A DNA stretch of 63,989 bases, filler included, from Octopus bimaculoides (taxonomy: Eukaryota), in assembly GCF_001194135.2 (NCBI RefSeq). It is 5 parts of 5 records of this genome, joined end to end, with 100 filler letters (N's around TTAATTAATTAA, not from the genome) between each part and the next. Parts side by side here need not be neighbours in the genome. Positions count along the whole stretch, not along the records: positions 19,664 to 35,761 come from NC_068981.1; positions 35,862 to 56,387 come from NC_068989.1; 3 more parts are not named here. One strand, written 5' to 3'. Below the pieces are notes generated by a model, which was not told the origin of the DNA, did no database searches, and worked only from the letters and a program-made list of their open reading frames with translations. How positions within the stretch are numbered: position 1 is the stretch's first letter; each line of letters opens with the position of its first letter. A program made the translations under genes and the position numbers. This document shows positions 25,317-37,844 of the stretch, in pieces.

Positions 25317-27060
25317 TCAGATTGCACTATCCTCAGATTGACACCCAAACACTCTGAAACCTTCGTATTGGAGCTTCCGGTGCGAACGCCAATCAGTACA
25401 GCATGTCGTTTCCAAATTTCTGGCAGAGTGAACTGCATCATGGTGATGTTTTTCTCACAGACAGTGCCTAACTGAGCCTACTATACTGTGTGGTCGACAA
25501 AATCAAAAACAGGCAATGCGCAAGCGCGAAATTAAAAATATAAAGTGGCAACATACAAACTGCCAGATAGGACTGAACCCAGAACCATGTGGTTGGGAAG
25601 CATACCCTTACCTCTCAGCCACGCCTTTGTTCCGGTTCTTTACGTTCTGAGTTCAAATCCTGCTGCGGTCCACTTGGACGTTCCTCCTTCTGACGTCGAT
25701 AAACTAAAGTACCAGTCATTTGCTGGGCCCCTTTTTAATAAACTGTACCCTTCCCCTTTCTACCCATATCGCAAATGATTGCTTTGTTTTATTGTTTTAA
25801 CATTTATACTTTTTATTCCTCGCCGTTCTTACTTGACGGAACCTCCCCATGTTTTCTCGACCTGTCAGAAATAACAGCTAAATCTCCCTCAAATAAGAAA
25901 AATAGGAAACATATTCGATAATGCAGTCTGTGATAAATTATGTTTGCAAAGACAAGAGGGTCATGAATGGAACGCCTTGGTCTAAACAACAGCTACAACG
26001 GTTGCAGAAAATGGCAATTTAATTGGTGTTTAAATTCACATTAATAAAGCGTTTTGCGGATGTGGTGGCGGCGATGGTCGTGGTGGTGGTCGTGGTGGTG
26101 GTGGTGGTGGCGGTGATGGTGGTGGTCGTGGTCGTGGNNNNNNNNNNNNNNNNNNNNNNNNNNNNNNNNNNNNNNNNNNNNNNNNNNNNNNNNNNNNNNN
26201 NNNNNNNNNNNNNNNNNNNNNNNNNNNNNNNNNNNNNNNNNNNNNNNNNNNNNNNNNNNNNNNNNNNNNNNNNNNNNNNNNNNNNNNNNNNNNNNNNNNN
26301 NNNNNNNNNNNNNNNNNNNNNNNNNNNNNNNNNNNNNNNNNNNNNNNNNNNNNNNNNNNNNNNNNNNNNNNNNNNNNNNNNNNNNNNNNNNNNNNNNNNN
26401 NNNNNNNNNNNNNNNNNNNNNNNNNNNNNNNNNNNNNNNNNNNNNNNNNNNNNNNNNNNNNNNNNNNNNNNNNNNNNNNNNNNNNNNNNNNNNNNNNNNN
26501 NNNNNNNNNNNNNNNNNNNNNNNNNNNNNNNNNNNNNNNNNNNNNNNNNNNNNNNNNNNNNNNNNNNNNNNNNNNNNNNNNNNNNNNNNNNNNNNNNNNN
26601 NNNNNNNNNNNNNNNNNNNNNNNNNNNNNNNNNNNNNNNNNNNNNNNNNNNNNNNNNNNNNNNNNNNNNNNNNNNNNNNNNNNNNNNNNNNNNNNNNNNN
26701 NNNNNNNNNNNNNNNNNNNNNNNNNNNNNNNNNNNNNNNNNNNNNNNNNNNNNNNNNNNNNNNNNNNNNNNNNNNNNNNNNNNNNNNNNNNNNNNNNNNN
26801 NNNNNNNNNNNNNNNNNNNNNNNNNNNNNNNNNNNNNNNNNNNNNNNNNNNNNNNNNNNNNNNNNNNNNNNNNNNNNNNNNNNNNNNNNNNNNNNNNNNN
26901 NNNNNNNNNNNNNNNNNNNNNNNNNNNNNNNNNNNNNNNNNNNNNNNNNNNNNNNNNNNNNNNNNNNNNNNNNNNNNNNNNNNNNNNNNNNNNNNNNNNN
27001 NNNNNNNNNNNNNNNNNNNNNNNNNNNNNNNNNNNNNNNNNNNNNNNATATATATATACA

Positions 27061-27152
27061 CTGTCTGGTTTAAAAAGCCACATCAGACGCCATGAAAGGG
27101 CTAAGGTGTAGGTGCAGGAGGTGGTCAAACTCTGTTTAAGGAGTAGACAACC
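27061..27152 (+). mobile_element. Probable 3' terminus of an RTE-like LINE
   Basis: SGLKSHIRRHERAKV* resembles the RTE C-terminal zinc-finger end (xIGLxSHxRxH); short 3' UTR, then (AT)n. Confidence 0.45.
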
Positions 27153-27155
27153 ACC

Positions 27156-27195
<40 letters not shown>

Positions 27196-27197
27196 GC

Positions 27198-27228
<31 letters not shown>

Positions 27229-27637
27229 CACATACATATATACATACATACATACACAACTACAACAATAGTGCGTGCCCACACATCCTCTATCTCTCAC
27301 GCTTTCTCTATCTATCTATATGTATGTGTGTACGTGGTAAAATAGCTCACCATAATTATATACAAAACATATTTGTATATTTGTTTGTGTGAGTGTGTGT
27401 CTCTGTGTGTGTGATATAAGATATAGATTCGTAGAATCATGTTGCTATCACAGAAAGCTCTTCTACCGGACTCGGCTACCATACGCCATCGTAATCCTAT
27501 GCAGGGGAATATAAGTCAGAGTATCCATACGGCTGAAATCCAGAAGTTCCAATCGATGAAATTATTTCATGAGGAGTATACAAACCATAAAATGTCAAAA
27601 GGTATGGGCGATGAATATATTTATTCAACCACGTGAC

Positions 27638-27884
27638 AACTTTAGGATTACAGCTGTGATGGTGAGTCGCGTTGGTGGATCTGTTTGAAACCCCCTCCTA
27701 AACTGTCTTTGCACTTCGACTGCGTGCTCGCACTTCCATTAGCATTTCAGAATGAATTTCCTTTGTTCAAAGCTTAGTCTGACTGCCATCATTAATTCCA
27801 ATGGGTTTAATCTGGAAAGAAAAAACATCAATTGAGTTATCAGCTGCTAAAGTGTGTATACATTTTTCTTTTTTGGACACCCTG
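27638..27884 (-). mobile_element. 5' end of a Tc1/mariner transposon with DUF4817-like HTH N-terminus
   Basis: TA|CAGGGTGTCCAAAAAG terminus at 27884; MMAVRLSFEQRKFILKC*WKCEHAVEVQRQFRRGFQTDPPTRLTI from 27792. Confidence 0.75.
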
Positions 27885-28523
27885 TATATATACACACACA
27901 CACACATATATATATATATATGTATGTATGTATATACTTTAANNNNNNNNNNNNNNNNNNNNNNNNNNNNNNNNNNNNNNNNNNNNNNNNNNNNNNNNNN
28001 NNNNNNNNNNNNNNNNNNNNNNNNNNNNNNNNNNNNNNNNNNNNNNNNNNNNNNNNNNNNNNNNNNNNNNNNNNNNNNNNNNNNNNNNNNNNNNNNNNNN
28101 NNNNNNNNNNNNNNNNNNNNNNNNNNNNNNNNNNNNNNNNNNNNNNNNNNNNNNNNNNNNNNNNNNNNNNNNNNNNNNNNNNNNNNNNNNNNNNNNNNNN
28201 NNNNNNNNNNNNNNNNNNNNNNNNNNNNNNNNNNNNNNNNNNNNNNNNNNNNNNNNNNNNNNNNNNNNNNNNNNNNNNNNNNNNNNNNNNNNNNNNNNNN
28301 NNNNNNNNNNNNNNNNNNNNNNNNNNNNNNNNNNNNNNNNNNNNNNNNNNNNNNNNNNNNNNNNNNNNNNNNNNNNNNNNNNNNNNNNNNNNNNNNNNNN
28401 NNNNNNNNNNNNNNNNNNNNNNNNNNNNNNNNNNNNNNNNNNNNNNNNNNNNNNNNNNNNNNNNNNNNNNNNNNNNNNNNNNNNNNNNNNNNNNNNNNNN
28501 NNNNNNNNNNNNNNNNNNTATAT

Positions 28524-28583
<60 letters not shown>

Positions 28584-28679
28584 GTATGTATGTATATACT
28601 TTAATATCGAACAATGAGAATAAGTGCTCTATCTATCTATCTATCTAACTGCCTGTCTATCCATCTATCCATCTATCTA

Positions 28680-28734
<55 letters not shown>

Positions 28735-28796
28735 GCCTGTCAGCTTGTCTGTCTGATTCTATCTTTAACCCTCGCTATGTATATTCATACATACAT

Positions 28797-28905
28797 TGCT
28801 TCCCAACCACAAGATTCCGGGTTCAGTCCCGCCGCTTGACACCTTGGGAAAGTGTCTTCTACTATAGCCCCGGGCCAAACAAAGCAATGTGAGTCGATAT
28901 GGCAG

Positions 28906-28910
<5 letters not shown>
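28797..28910 (+). mobile_element. SINE family A, 5' half
   Basis: CCGGGTTCAGTCCC...CCTTGGGAAAGTGTCTTCTACTATAGCC. Confidence 0.75.
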
Positions 28911-28988
<78 letters not shown>

Positions 28989-29039
28989 CATATATACATA
29001 TATGTAANNNNNNNNNNCATATATGTAAATAGATAGATG

Positions 29040-29109
<70 letters not shown>

Positions 29110-29182
29110 AAGAAAGAAGGAGAGAGAAAGTAATGACGGAAATGGTATCTGTTGACATACGCCTGTAAATAATATCTTTGGA

Positions 29183-29237
<55 letters not shown>

Positions 29238-29483
29238 GCAAAGTAAAGGAGGACGAGCCGGCTTCGCAAATGTTTATCTTCTTCCAAATAGACTTAATCG
29301 TAGCATTGACCTCATCTTGGTCAAGATCATCGATTCCTGCCTCTGGTATTTATTCTGTAAACCAGCTGTACAAGAGTTCGGTTCTACGCACTTCTGTCTT
29401 CCATAGAAACATAGCATATCTCGATTACATCTCTATGCACAGCATACAATAACACACAAACACACACATACACACACACACAT

Positions 29484-29544
<61 letters not shown>

Positions 29545-29769
29545 CAGACGCACACACACATGTACACACATATATACACACATACGCACAAACACACACA
29601 AACACTCACACACACACACAAACACACAAACACTCACACGCACCCTACACACACACATACACACAAGCACACAAACACCCTATACCCACACACACACTCA
29701 CACACGTACCTCTTCAATTACAACCACACCAAAATAATGCATGTGTGTAAATGTATTTTTGTCTTTTAA

Positions 29770-31062
29770 ACACGTTTCAGTCATTCGGCAACGGCCATGC
29801 GGAGGCACCACCTTGGAGAATCCACCCCAGTACTTATTCTACCGGTATCTTTTGCCGAACCGCTATCCGGAAGTCAAGCGGTGATGGGAAGTAAACAGAC
29901 ACGAAGATTCATGGATATATTCGTGCGTGTGTATGTGTGTGTGTGTTTATATATATATATATATATATNNNNNNNNNNNNNNNNNNNNNNNNNNNNNNNN
30001 NNNNNNNNNNNNNNNNNNNNNNNNNNNNNNNNNNNNNNNNNNNNNNNNNNNNNNNNNNNNNNNNNNNNNNNNNNNNNNNNNNNNNNNNNNNNNNNNNNNN
30101 NNNNNNNNNNNNNNNNNNNNNNNNNNNNNNNNNNNNNNNNNNNNNNNNNNNNNNNNNNNNNNNNNNNNNNNNNNNNNNNNNNNNNNNNNNNNNNNNNNNN
30201 NNNNNNNNNNNNNNNNNNNNNNNNNNNNNNNNNNNNNNNNNNNNNNNNNNNNNNNNNNNNNNNNNNNNNNNNNNNNNNNNNNNNNNNNNNNNNNNNNNNN
30301 NNNNNNNNNNNNNNNNNNNNNNNNNNNNNNNNNNNNNNNNNNNNNNNNNNNNNNNNNNNNNNNNNNNNNNNNNNNNNNNNNNNNNNNNNNNNNNNNNNNN
30401 NNNNNNNNNNNNNNNNNNNNNNNNNNNNNNNNNNNNNNNNNNNNNNNNNNNNNNNNNNNNNNNNNNNNNNNNNNNNNNNNNNNNNNNNNNNNNNNNNNNN
30501 NNNNNNNNNNNNNNNNNNNNNNNNNNNNNNNNNNNNNNNNNNNNNNNNNNNNNNNNNNNNNNNNNNNNNNNNNNNNNNNNNNNNNNNNNNNNNNNNNNNN
30601 NNNNNNNNNNNNNNNNNNNNNNNNNNNNNNNNNNNNNNNNNNNNNNNNNNNNNNNNNNNNNNNNNNNNNNNNNNNNNNNNNNNNNNNNNNNNNNNNNNNN
30701 NNNNNNNNNNNNNNNNNNNNNNNNNNNNNNNNNNNNNNNNNNNNNNNNNNNNNNNNNNNNNNNNNNNNNNNNNNNNNNNNNNNNNNNNNNNNNNNNNNNN
30801 NNNNNNNNNNNNNNNNNNNNNNNNNNNNNNNNNNNNNNNNNNNNNNNNNNNNNNNNNNNNNNNNNNNNNNNNNNNNNNNNNNNNNNNNNNNNNNNNNNNN
30901 NNNNNNNNNNNNNNNNNNNNNNNNNNNNNNNNNNNNNNNNNNNNNNNNNNNNNNNNNNNNNNNNNNNTATATATATATATTATAATACATCCCTATATAA
31001 ATATATTCTTTTGTTTTTTATTTGTTTCAGTCATTTGACTGCGGCCATGCTGGAGCACCGCC
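29770..31062 (-). mobile_element. Two degenerate SINE-A 3' fragments (29770-29900, 31010-31062) either side of an N gap
   Basis: TTTCAGTCATT...GGCCATGC..AGCACC blocks. Confidence 0.65.
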
Positions 31063-31072
31063 CATGTGTATG

Positions 31073-31122
<50 letters not shown>

Positions 31123-32141
31123 ACCTTTATGATTATTTGTGGGTATAGATATATACACATATATACACACAAACACACATATATATTCATACAGTCACAC
31201 ACAGACACACTGACAAACACGCCAGTGATATAACAGAACACAGTACATAGGAACTCAAGTTATTCGCCGCCACCCCCATCCTGGTCCCATCTTCACTCAC
31301 TTCCTCCATCTTAAAACCTTTTATTTACCAACAAAAAATGGCGGCCGTTCAAATCTTTCTTCGCTTTCTTTATGCAGCTGTCCTTCCTCTTCCCCCTCCC
31401 GCCCCGTCGCATTTCAAATCTTTTCTTGTTTCTCCTTGTTTTCCCCTTTATTCCGTTTCTCCTTCATCCTCTTCATCATCCTTTCTCTCTTCTTATCCTC
31501 CTTCACTTTTCCTTTCATACTTCTTCCTCTCTATCACCCGCTCTCCCTTCCTCTCTTCTCTCCCTCTCTCCCTCTCCGACCCCTTCCCTCTCCTTGCTCT
31601 CCCACTCACCATATTTTCATTAAACATCGGATGTTACAGCCAATAACCTCATTTTTCAGCAATTATCTGGAAGTCTATCAAGGTCAATCATTTTCTTAAA
31701 TGAACATCAGGACAATCGCTGGCTTTTCTGCCCCACATAGGGGCCCACACTGATGTTGTTTACCTAACATTTCTGCTCCTTAAACGGAACCCTACCCAAC
31801 CACCGCATCAGATACTTTTGTATTTATTCTCTGTAATATTTATTTTCGTCTCTGCATTCCCCTTTTATTTGTTAAGTCTATAAGACCAACACAATGTTAT
31901 GTGATCCCACACCGATATATCTGCTGTGGTCCCTCCTCACCAACATCACCAACAACACCAAACCCCTACATTATGCTTACCCCACTCACATCAACCAGTA
32001 ACTGTCTCTCCCACACACTCCCCTCTCAATTTCTCCCTCCCCCTCTTTCTTTATCTCTCTCTTTTCTCTCTCTCCCTCTTTCTCTCACTCTTTCATATCA
32101 TTCCTGGACTTCATTTCATTCACTCTCCTTTCGTATATATG

Positions 32142-32194
<53 letters not shown>

Positions 32195-32493
32195 NNNNNN
32201 NNNNNNNNNNNNNNNNNNNNNNNNNNNNNNNNNNNNNNNNNNNNNNNNNNNNNNNNNNNNNNNNNNNNNNNNNNNNNNNNNNNNNNNNNNNNNNNNNNNN
32301 NNNNNNNNNNNNNNNNNNNNNNNNNNNNNNNNNNNNNNNNNNNNNNNNNNNNNNNNNNNNNNNNNNNNNNNNNNNNNNNNNNNNNNNNNNNNNNNNNNNN
32401 NNNNNNNNNNNNNNNNNNNNNNNNNNNNNNNNNNNNNNNNNNNNNNNNNNNNNNNNNNNNNNNNNNNNNNNNNNNNNNNNNNNNNNNNNNNNN

Positions 32494-32534
<41 letters not shown>

Positions 32535-32798
32535 TATGTACATGGGCACATATAATTCGTCTCTATCTATTGAACTCTAAGTAGATAAAGCTATAAATAA
32601 AAGCGTGCTTACAGGTCCCTTTGAATAGAAAAAGCTGAAGGCTGCTCGTAAAAGTTGAACCCATATCTTCTGTTAACAAGGCAAGCGTTTTTTCAACCCA
32701 CCGTTTGCACACAACTATTCATATCCTAGTCTAATTATTTCACGTTCTCTTGAAGTTTCTAAATTCTTAAAGGGTAAATAGTATATACGCACACAATA

Positions 32799-33013
32799 TA
32801 TATGCGTATAAGAAAGGATGACCACTAAGTGGACATCCTATATGCTAGAAAGAGGTCATCAACGACCCAACCACAAAGAAAAATAATGTTCTCCAGAAAA
32901 AATTCAGCAAACACCAGAACATTTGTGGTTGGGTCGTTGTGGTTGGGTCGTTGATGACCTCTTTCTAGCATATCGGATGTCCACTTAGTGGTCATCCCTT
33001 CTTATACGTATAT
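32799..33013. mobile_element. MITE-like element, about 76-bp terminal inverted repeats, TA-flanked
   Basis: GTATAAGAAAGGATGACCACTAAGTGGACATCC...AACGACCCAACCACAA mirrored at 32938-33013. Confidence 0.85.
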
Positions 33014-33257
33014 AATACAATTTTTCTGAATTTTCAGATTTTTTATATGCTAGGCAACTGGTTTTAAATTTATGTTAATTAAATTAATATTGAATTTATC
33101 ACCCTCAGTATATATATATATAATATAAATTGAACATGGGCGACCGTTGTATTCTTTCTTGTCTCGAGGTTCACGGCCAAACGGCTGGGTGGATTCGCGT
33201 GAAAAATGGCACACATGTGGAGATGGGTGCATAGATTGGAACGCACTTTATTTTTTT

Positions 33258-33857
33258 GGATCTTTTTTAAAACGGGGGCCACATCTTTCATTAACGAAAC
33301 ACTTTGAAACTTGGAACACTGGTAGAATGTGTCATATAAAACATCTTTTTCTCTTAGTCTTCTTTAAAAAAAAAGAAATCCCTAAGTTATTCCATGTTAA
33401 AGTTGTCGTATTTCTGTAATTTCAACCAATCACTGACGTCCATTCAGCCGATATACATTAAGTGCCGAATACATAAACAAACGATTCTGAAACAATTCTA
33501 TCGGTGATAGGGTTAGGGTTAGGGTAAAACAGCAAATTTAAAAAGAAAAAAGCAAATAAAACGAAGAAAAAAAAAAGAAAATGAAAAAAGCAAATTTAAA
33601 ATGAAAAAAGCAAATAAAACGAAGCTATGGCTTAATCAGCCAAAGGAGTAAATATAAACAACTGAATACTTGTCAGTGATTGGTTGAAATTATCGAAATA
33701 AGACAATTTTTTTACATGAGATAAATTCGAATACAAAAATATTTTTCTGTTCTATAACACAAAATAGATAAGTATACGAAGTTTGAAAGTCTTTCGGTAC
33801 CAAAAACACTACGTAAAACATTAATGAAAATTGTGGCCCCCGTTTTAAAAAAGATCC
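33258..33857. mobile_element. Foldback/MITE element with long imperfect TIRs and central TAGGG(TTAGGG)2
   Basis: GGATCTTTTTTAAAACGGGGGCCAC mirrored by GTGGCCCCCGTTTTAAAAAAGATCC; inner AATTTCAACCAATCACTGAC mirrored by GTCAGTGATTGGTTGAAATT. Confidence 0.8.
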
Positions 33858-34089
33858 ATATTTTTTCCTAGCCCCCATAGTTATCGAAAAAATCGATTAA
33901 AGCAACCTGCGTGCGTGCGTGTATGTGAGTCACTGAAGCCATTCATACATTCATACATACATACATACATAATTACTCTCTTTCTCTCACTCTCTCTCGG
34001 TTTTTCTCTGTCAATCACTCACACATTCACTCACTACAAAAACTGAATACAAAATTTCAGTTATCTCTCTCTCTCTTTCTCTCTTTCTT

Positions 34090-34176
<87 letters not shown>

Positions 34177-35573
34177 CACACACACCATCAACATTACTCT
34201 CTCTGTCTCGCACATCATGGAAAGAGGGAGAAAATGCAAACTCTAGGCTGTGGATTGGTGGGACAGTTTGAACATCGGACCAAATACCATGTGGTATTTA
34301 TTCCAGATCTTTACCCTCTGAGGTCAAGTTCCGCCATGATCTACGTGTGTGGTGGGCGTAGTCCATCGCCCGGTTTAGCATCACCACCACCTGGTCCTTG
34401 ATGACCTTTAGTGGACTCCTCTTTTTCACGGGCGTTAGGGATCAGGACTTCCCTTTGAGGATCCCTCGGTCCCTCCTACAAACCAAAGAGACCCTGTAAA
34501 TGTTCATGAAGACTGACTTCTCTCCTAACTGAAAGAATTTTTTCTAATGAGGATGATCTCACTGTTACTTCTTTTATCTTTTACTTGTTTCAGTCATTAA
34601 GCTGCGGTCTAAGGTGCCAGGCAGTGAGACTGAACCCAAAATTATATAGCTGAGAAGCAAACTTCTTACCGCACAGCCACGCCTGCGCCTACTTTTAGAA
34701 GATTATCAGATTGTTCCGCCGTTGCCCCATCCACAGTTAAGTATAGACATCAAGTGTACACGTCACGTGCACAACCCATCAACCCTTGCACCAGATTTGA
34801 ACTCACAGTCTTTCAACCAACAAAACGGATCAATTCCGTATTTACTCGGCCAGCACAACTTTCCTTTCATAAAAGCAACCAAAATGCTGGTAGTACTTAG
34901 CTCGACATAATTCGAGCTCAATGTTGCTATGTTAATCTATACAAGCTACAGCCATCATAGTAATCGTTCACGTGACCGGAAGTAAGGATTTTAAAGTCTG
35001 CAAAGCAATAGTTTTAAGACACAATATGAAAAGGGTTTATTTTTTTTAATTTATTGATAACGTATGAAGAAAGGAAGCCTTCTTTAACGAACGTAGGCTG
35101 TTAACGTCGTCAACTTTATGAGGGAAAGTAATTCAACAAATTTTGATGAATATTTCCCCGTAGCTGTATATTTTACATCATGGCTACTGTCACGTTAAGT
35201 ACGTTGGGGGAGGAGGTATTTATGTACACAGGTGTGAATGTTTCTAAAGAATTGTATATAAAGACAGTCGTGCAGTAAGGGCGACTGTGGAAATCTATAC
35301 ATACATACACATGTGTGTATGTGTGTATGTGTGTATACGTATGTATGCATGTATACATGTATGTATGTGTAGAACCCGCTGCTCTACTCAGCCGGGTTTC
35401 TTGCGCTCTGCTTGTGTTCTTGGTATTGCTAGTGAGAGTGGTTTTGGTCTTGTGCAAGCTGCACTCGACTTAAAACACTTGTGAGGGCAAACTGGGAATT
35501 ATGATAATATGATTTAATATATAATAGATATTAACATATACACACGTATGCATATATATATATATATATATAT

Positions 35574-35756
35574 AATTTAAAATAAGTAGAAAATGGAGAA
35601 AAAGTTTCATCAACAAACAAACTGAGTATCATCGGTTAATTATTTTTTAATACTAAACTTTAAAGTTTTATATTAAAAAAATAATAATAATTAACCGATG
35701 GCAGTCAATTTTTTTGTTGATGAAACGTCTTCTCCATTTTCTGCTTAATTTAAATT
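35574..35756. repeat. About 183-bp imperfect palindrome (hairpin MITE-like)
   Basis: AGAAAATGGAGAA...CATCGGTTAATTATT mirrored; centre AAACTTT|AAAGTTT. Confidence 0.85.
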
Positions 35757-36256
35757 TGATTNNNNNNNNNNNNNNNNNNNNNNNNNNNNNNNNNNNNNNN
35801 NNNNNTTAATTAATTAANNNNNNNNNNNNNNNNNNNNNNNNNNNNNNNNNNNNNNNNNNNNATATATATATATATATACATAACATATACATGCGTGCAC
35901 ACATACTACTGTTGCATTCGTTACTCAGGGTTTTCGCGCACACAGCCTCTGCGTTTTGCTTGTGTGTTCTACCTGCATATTATACGTTTGTTTATCTGCA
36001 GATAAATTATTTTCATTATCATTAAGGGATAGTTTAATCTTTACTCTCAATGGAATTTACTAAACATTTGTACTCTAGGTAAATTTAAGCTGAAAAAAAA
36101 ACGCTACATGATCTTATTTACCTCACATGCATCAACCTACAGTTATACTCTTCCTATCATCCACATCAATTATACTAATGTACGAAAAATGATGATACAA
36201 GGGAGAATAATCCGTCTTTCCTAACTGACTGATTCTAATATTATGTAGAATGTGTA

Positions 36257-36466
36257 GAAGACGGTGTGCTGGCTGAATCGTTAGCACGCTTGGAAAATTT
36301 CTCAGCCGCATTACGTCCGGCCTTGATATCTGAGTTCAAATTCCGTAGAGGTTGACTTTAGCTTTCATACATCCGTAGTCGATAAAATGAGAACCACTGG
36401 AATACTGTAATCGACGTAGCTTTTCCCCTGAAATTGCTGGATTTGTGCAACAATTTGAAACCAATC
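36257..36466 (+). mobile_element. SINE family B, old diverged copy
   Basis: GCTGGCTGAATCGTTAGCACG...GAGTTCAAATTCCG...GTCGATAAAATGAG...AATTTGAAACCAAT. Confidence 0.75.
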
Positions 36467-37456
36467 TTCAGTAGAATTTTTCGAAAATTCTACAAAAATA
36501 TCGCGGCATTTTGTGTGGTATCCCTCAAGTAGTTTGCACAAAAGTATGTGTAGTTGTAATGCCAGGCAAACATCTGCTAACGTGTCAGTATATGTTGAGT
36601 AAAGAATTACATTGAAGGGAGAAAAGAAACAAAATATAAAAACGTTTTCTTAAGAAGTTACAAGTAGAAATCCACGGTTGATTCACAATTTAAACGGAGA
36701 TAAGTATAGTTTGAAACCAGTGATCCGTGTGTAACAACTGTGAATTTTCATTGTAAACACATTTGTTATTCTCATCTACAATTTCCGCTTCTTCGCCCAA
36801 ATTTTCTAAATTGTAATGGAATACCACCTGCATCGTTTGCCGAAAGAGTTTTCAATAGAACGGCTCACTTAACTTCATTAACGATGAGCCGCTTCGAAGT
36901 AAATATATCACCTGATGTGCAATGATGCCTCGTATAAATATTCAATAAGAAATATTCTTCGTATAGAAGTGTGTTATGTTTAACAAGTGTTCAATTGTTG
37001 GTTTGCAGTCACACAAGTAGCTATGTTAACGTAGACCAACAATAGGAATATGATAAGCAAATGTAATAATAAAGAAATTGGAAATCTATCCCTAAATACC
37101 AAGTCCATTAAGGGAATTCAGAATTGTTTGATGCAGACAAAATTCAGAGTTTAAAAGATTATGAATGGAATAAAGATAATAAATCTATATCTAAATATTT
37201 ATGTAGGAAATATAGATGGTGATGGCTTCTCGTGTTATATATGAATGCTGCAATAGCAGTTCTGACGATTTCATTAAATTTAAGTCCCCGAACTCACCAA
37301 TTGATACAGTATGTCCACCGTATTATTTGAAGAAGGAAATACACAGTAGCTTTCCCCTATCAATTTTCAAACGCATATTTACAAAGGTCGTCGTATTGAC
37401 TGAAACTGTAGATAGTCATATTAAATAGCTTAGGATCATAAACCATAACGTTAGAT

Positions 37457-37844
37457 TGTTGTTAGCACTCCGTCGATTGCGACGTCGAGGGTTCCAGTCG
37501 ATCCGATCAACGGAACAGCCTGCTCGTGAAATTAACGTGCAAGTGGCTGAGCACTCCACAGACACGTGTACCCTTAAGGTAGTTCTCGGGGATGTTCAGC
37601 GTGACACAGTGTGACAAGGCTGACCCTTTGAAATACAGGCACAACTGAAACAGGCAGTAAGAGTGAGAGAAAGTTGTGGTGAAAGAGTACAGCAGGGTTC
37701 GCCACCAAAACCCTGCCAGAGCCTCGTGGAGCTTTAGGTGTTTTCACTTAATAAACACTCACAACGCCCGGTCTGGGAATCGAAACCGTGATCCTATGAC
37801 CGCGAGTCTGATGCCCTAACCACTGGGCCATTACGCCTCCACGG
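37457..37844 (-). mobile_element. SINE family C, full length with 11-bp TSD
   Basis: Reverse complement of 10771-11165; TSD TAACGTTAGAT at 37446-37456 and 37845-37855. Confidence 0.92.

Larger units (their letters stand above)
24286..25556 (-). mobile_element. Internally deleted DD37D (maT/Bmmar1-like) Tc1-mariner transposon
   Basis: N-terminus MMQFTLPEIWKRHAVLIGVRTGSSNTKVSECLGVNLRIVQ (25441-25321) fused to the C-terminal half; TIR-like CAGAGTGCGTTGAATAAAATGTCG at 24286. Confidence 0.75.

Noticed and set aside
24819-27884. One large transposon formed from the DUF4817-type N-terminus (27.8 kb) and the DD37D C-terminus (25 kb)
   Set aside because: The DD37D element has its own N-terminus at 25441, and the two termini differ (CAGGGTGTCC vs CAGAGTGCGTTG).
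27885-28604. Direct repeat on both sides of the 27943-28518 gap
   Set aside because: Same microsatellite ending TATATACTTTAA on both sides; probably an unmerged overlap or two haplotypes.
31335-31345. YY1-like AAAATGGCGGC before a pyrimidine-rich ORF
   Set aside because: Single motif; the ORF is low-complexity C/T sequence.
33508-33524. G-quadruplex or interstitial telomere
   Set aside because: Only three G3 runs; too short for either claim.
37298-37405. Minus-strand exon with a cadherin-like IDRE motif and strong GTGAGT donor
   Set aside because: On re-reading, the run is TTTCCCCTAT (four C), so all three frames of the 108-bp exon contain stops. The neighbouring GDIFTSKRL/TLSANDAG segment (36760-36912) is also interrupted by TGA.
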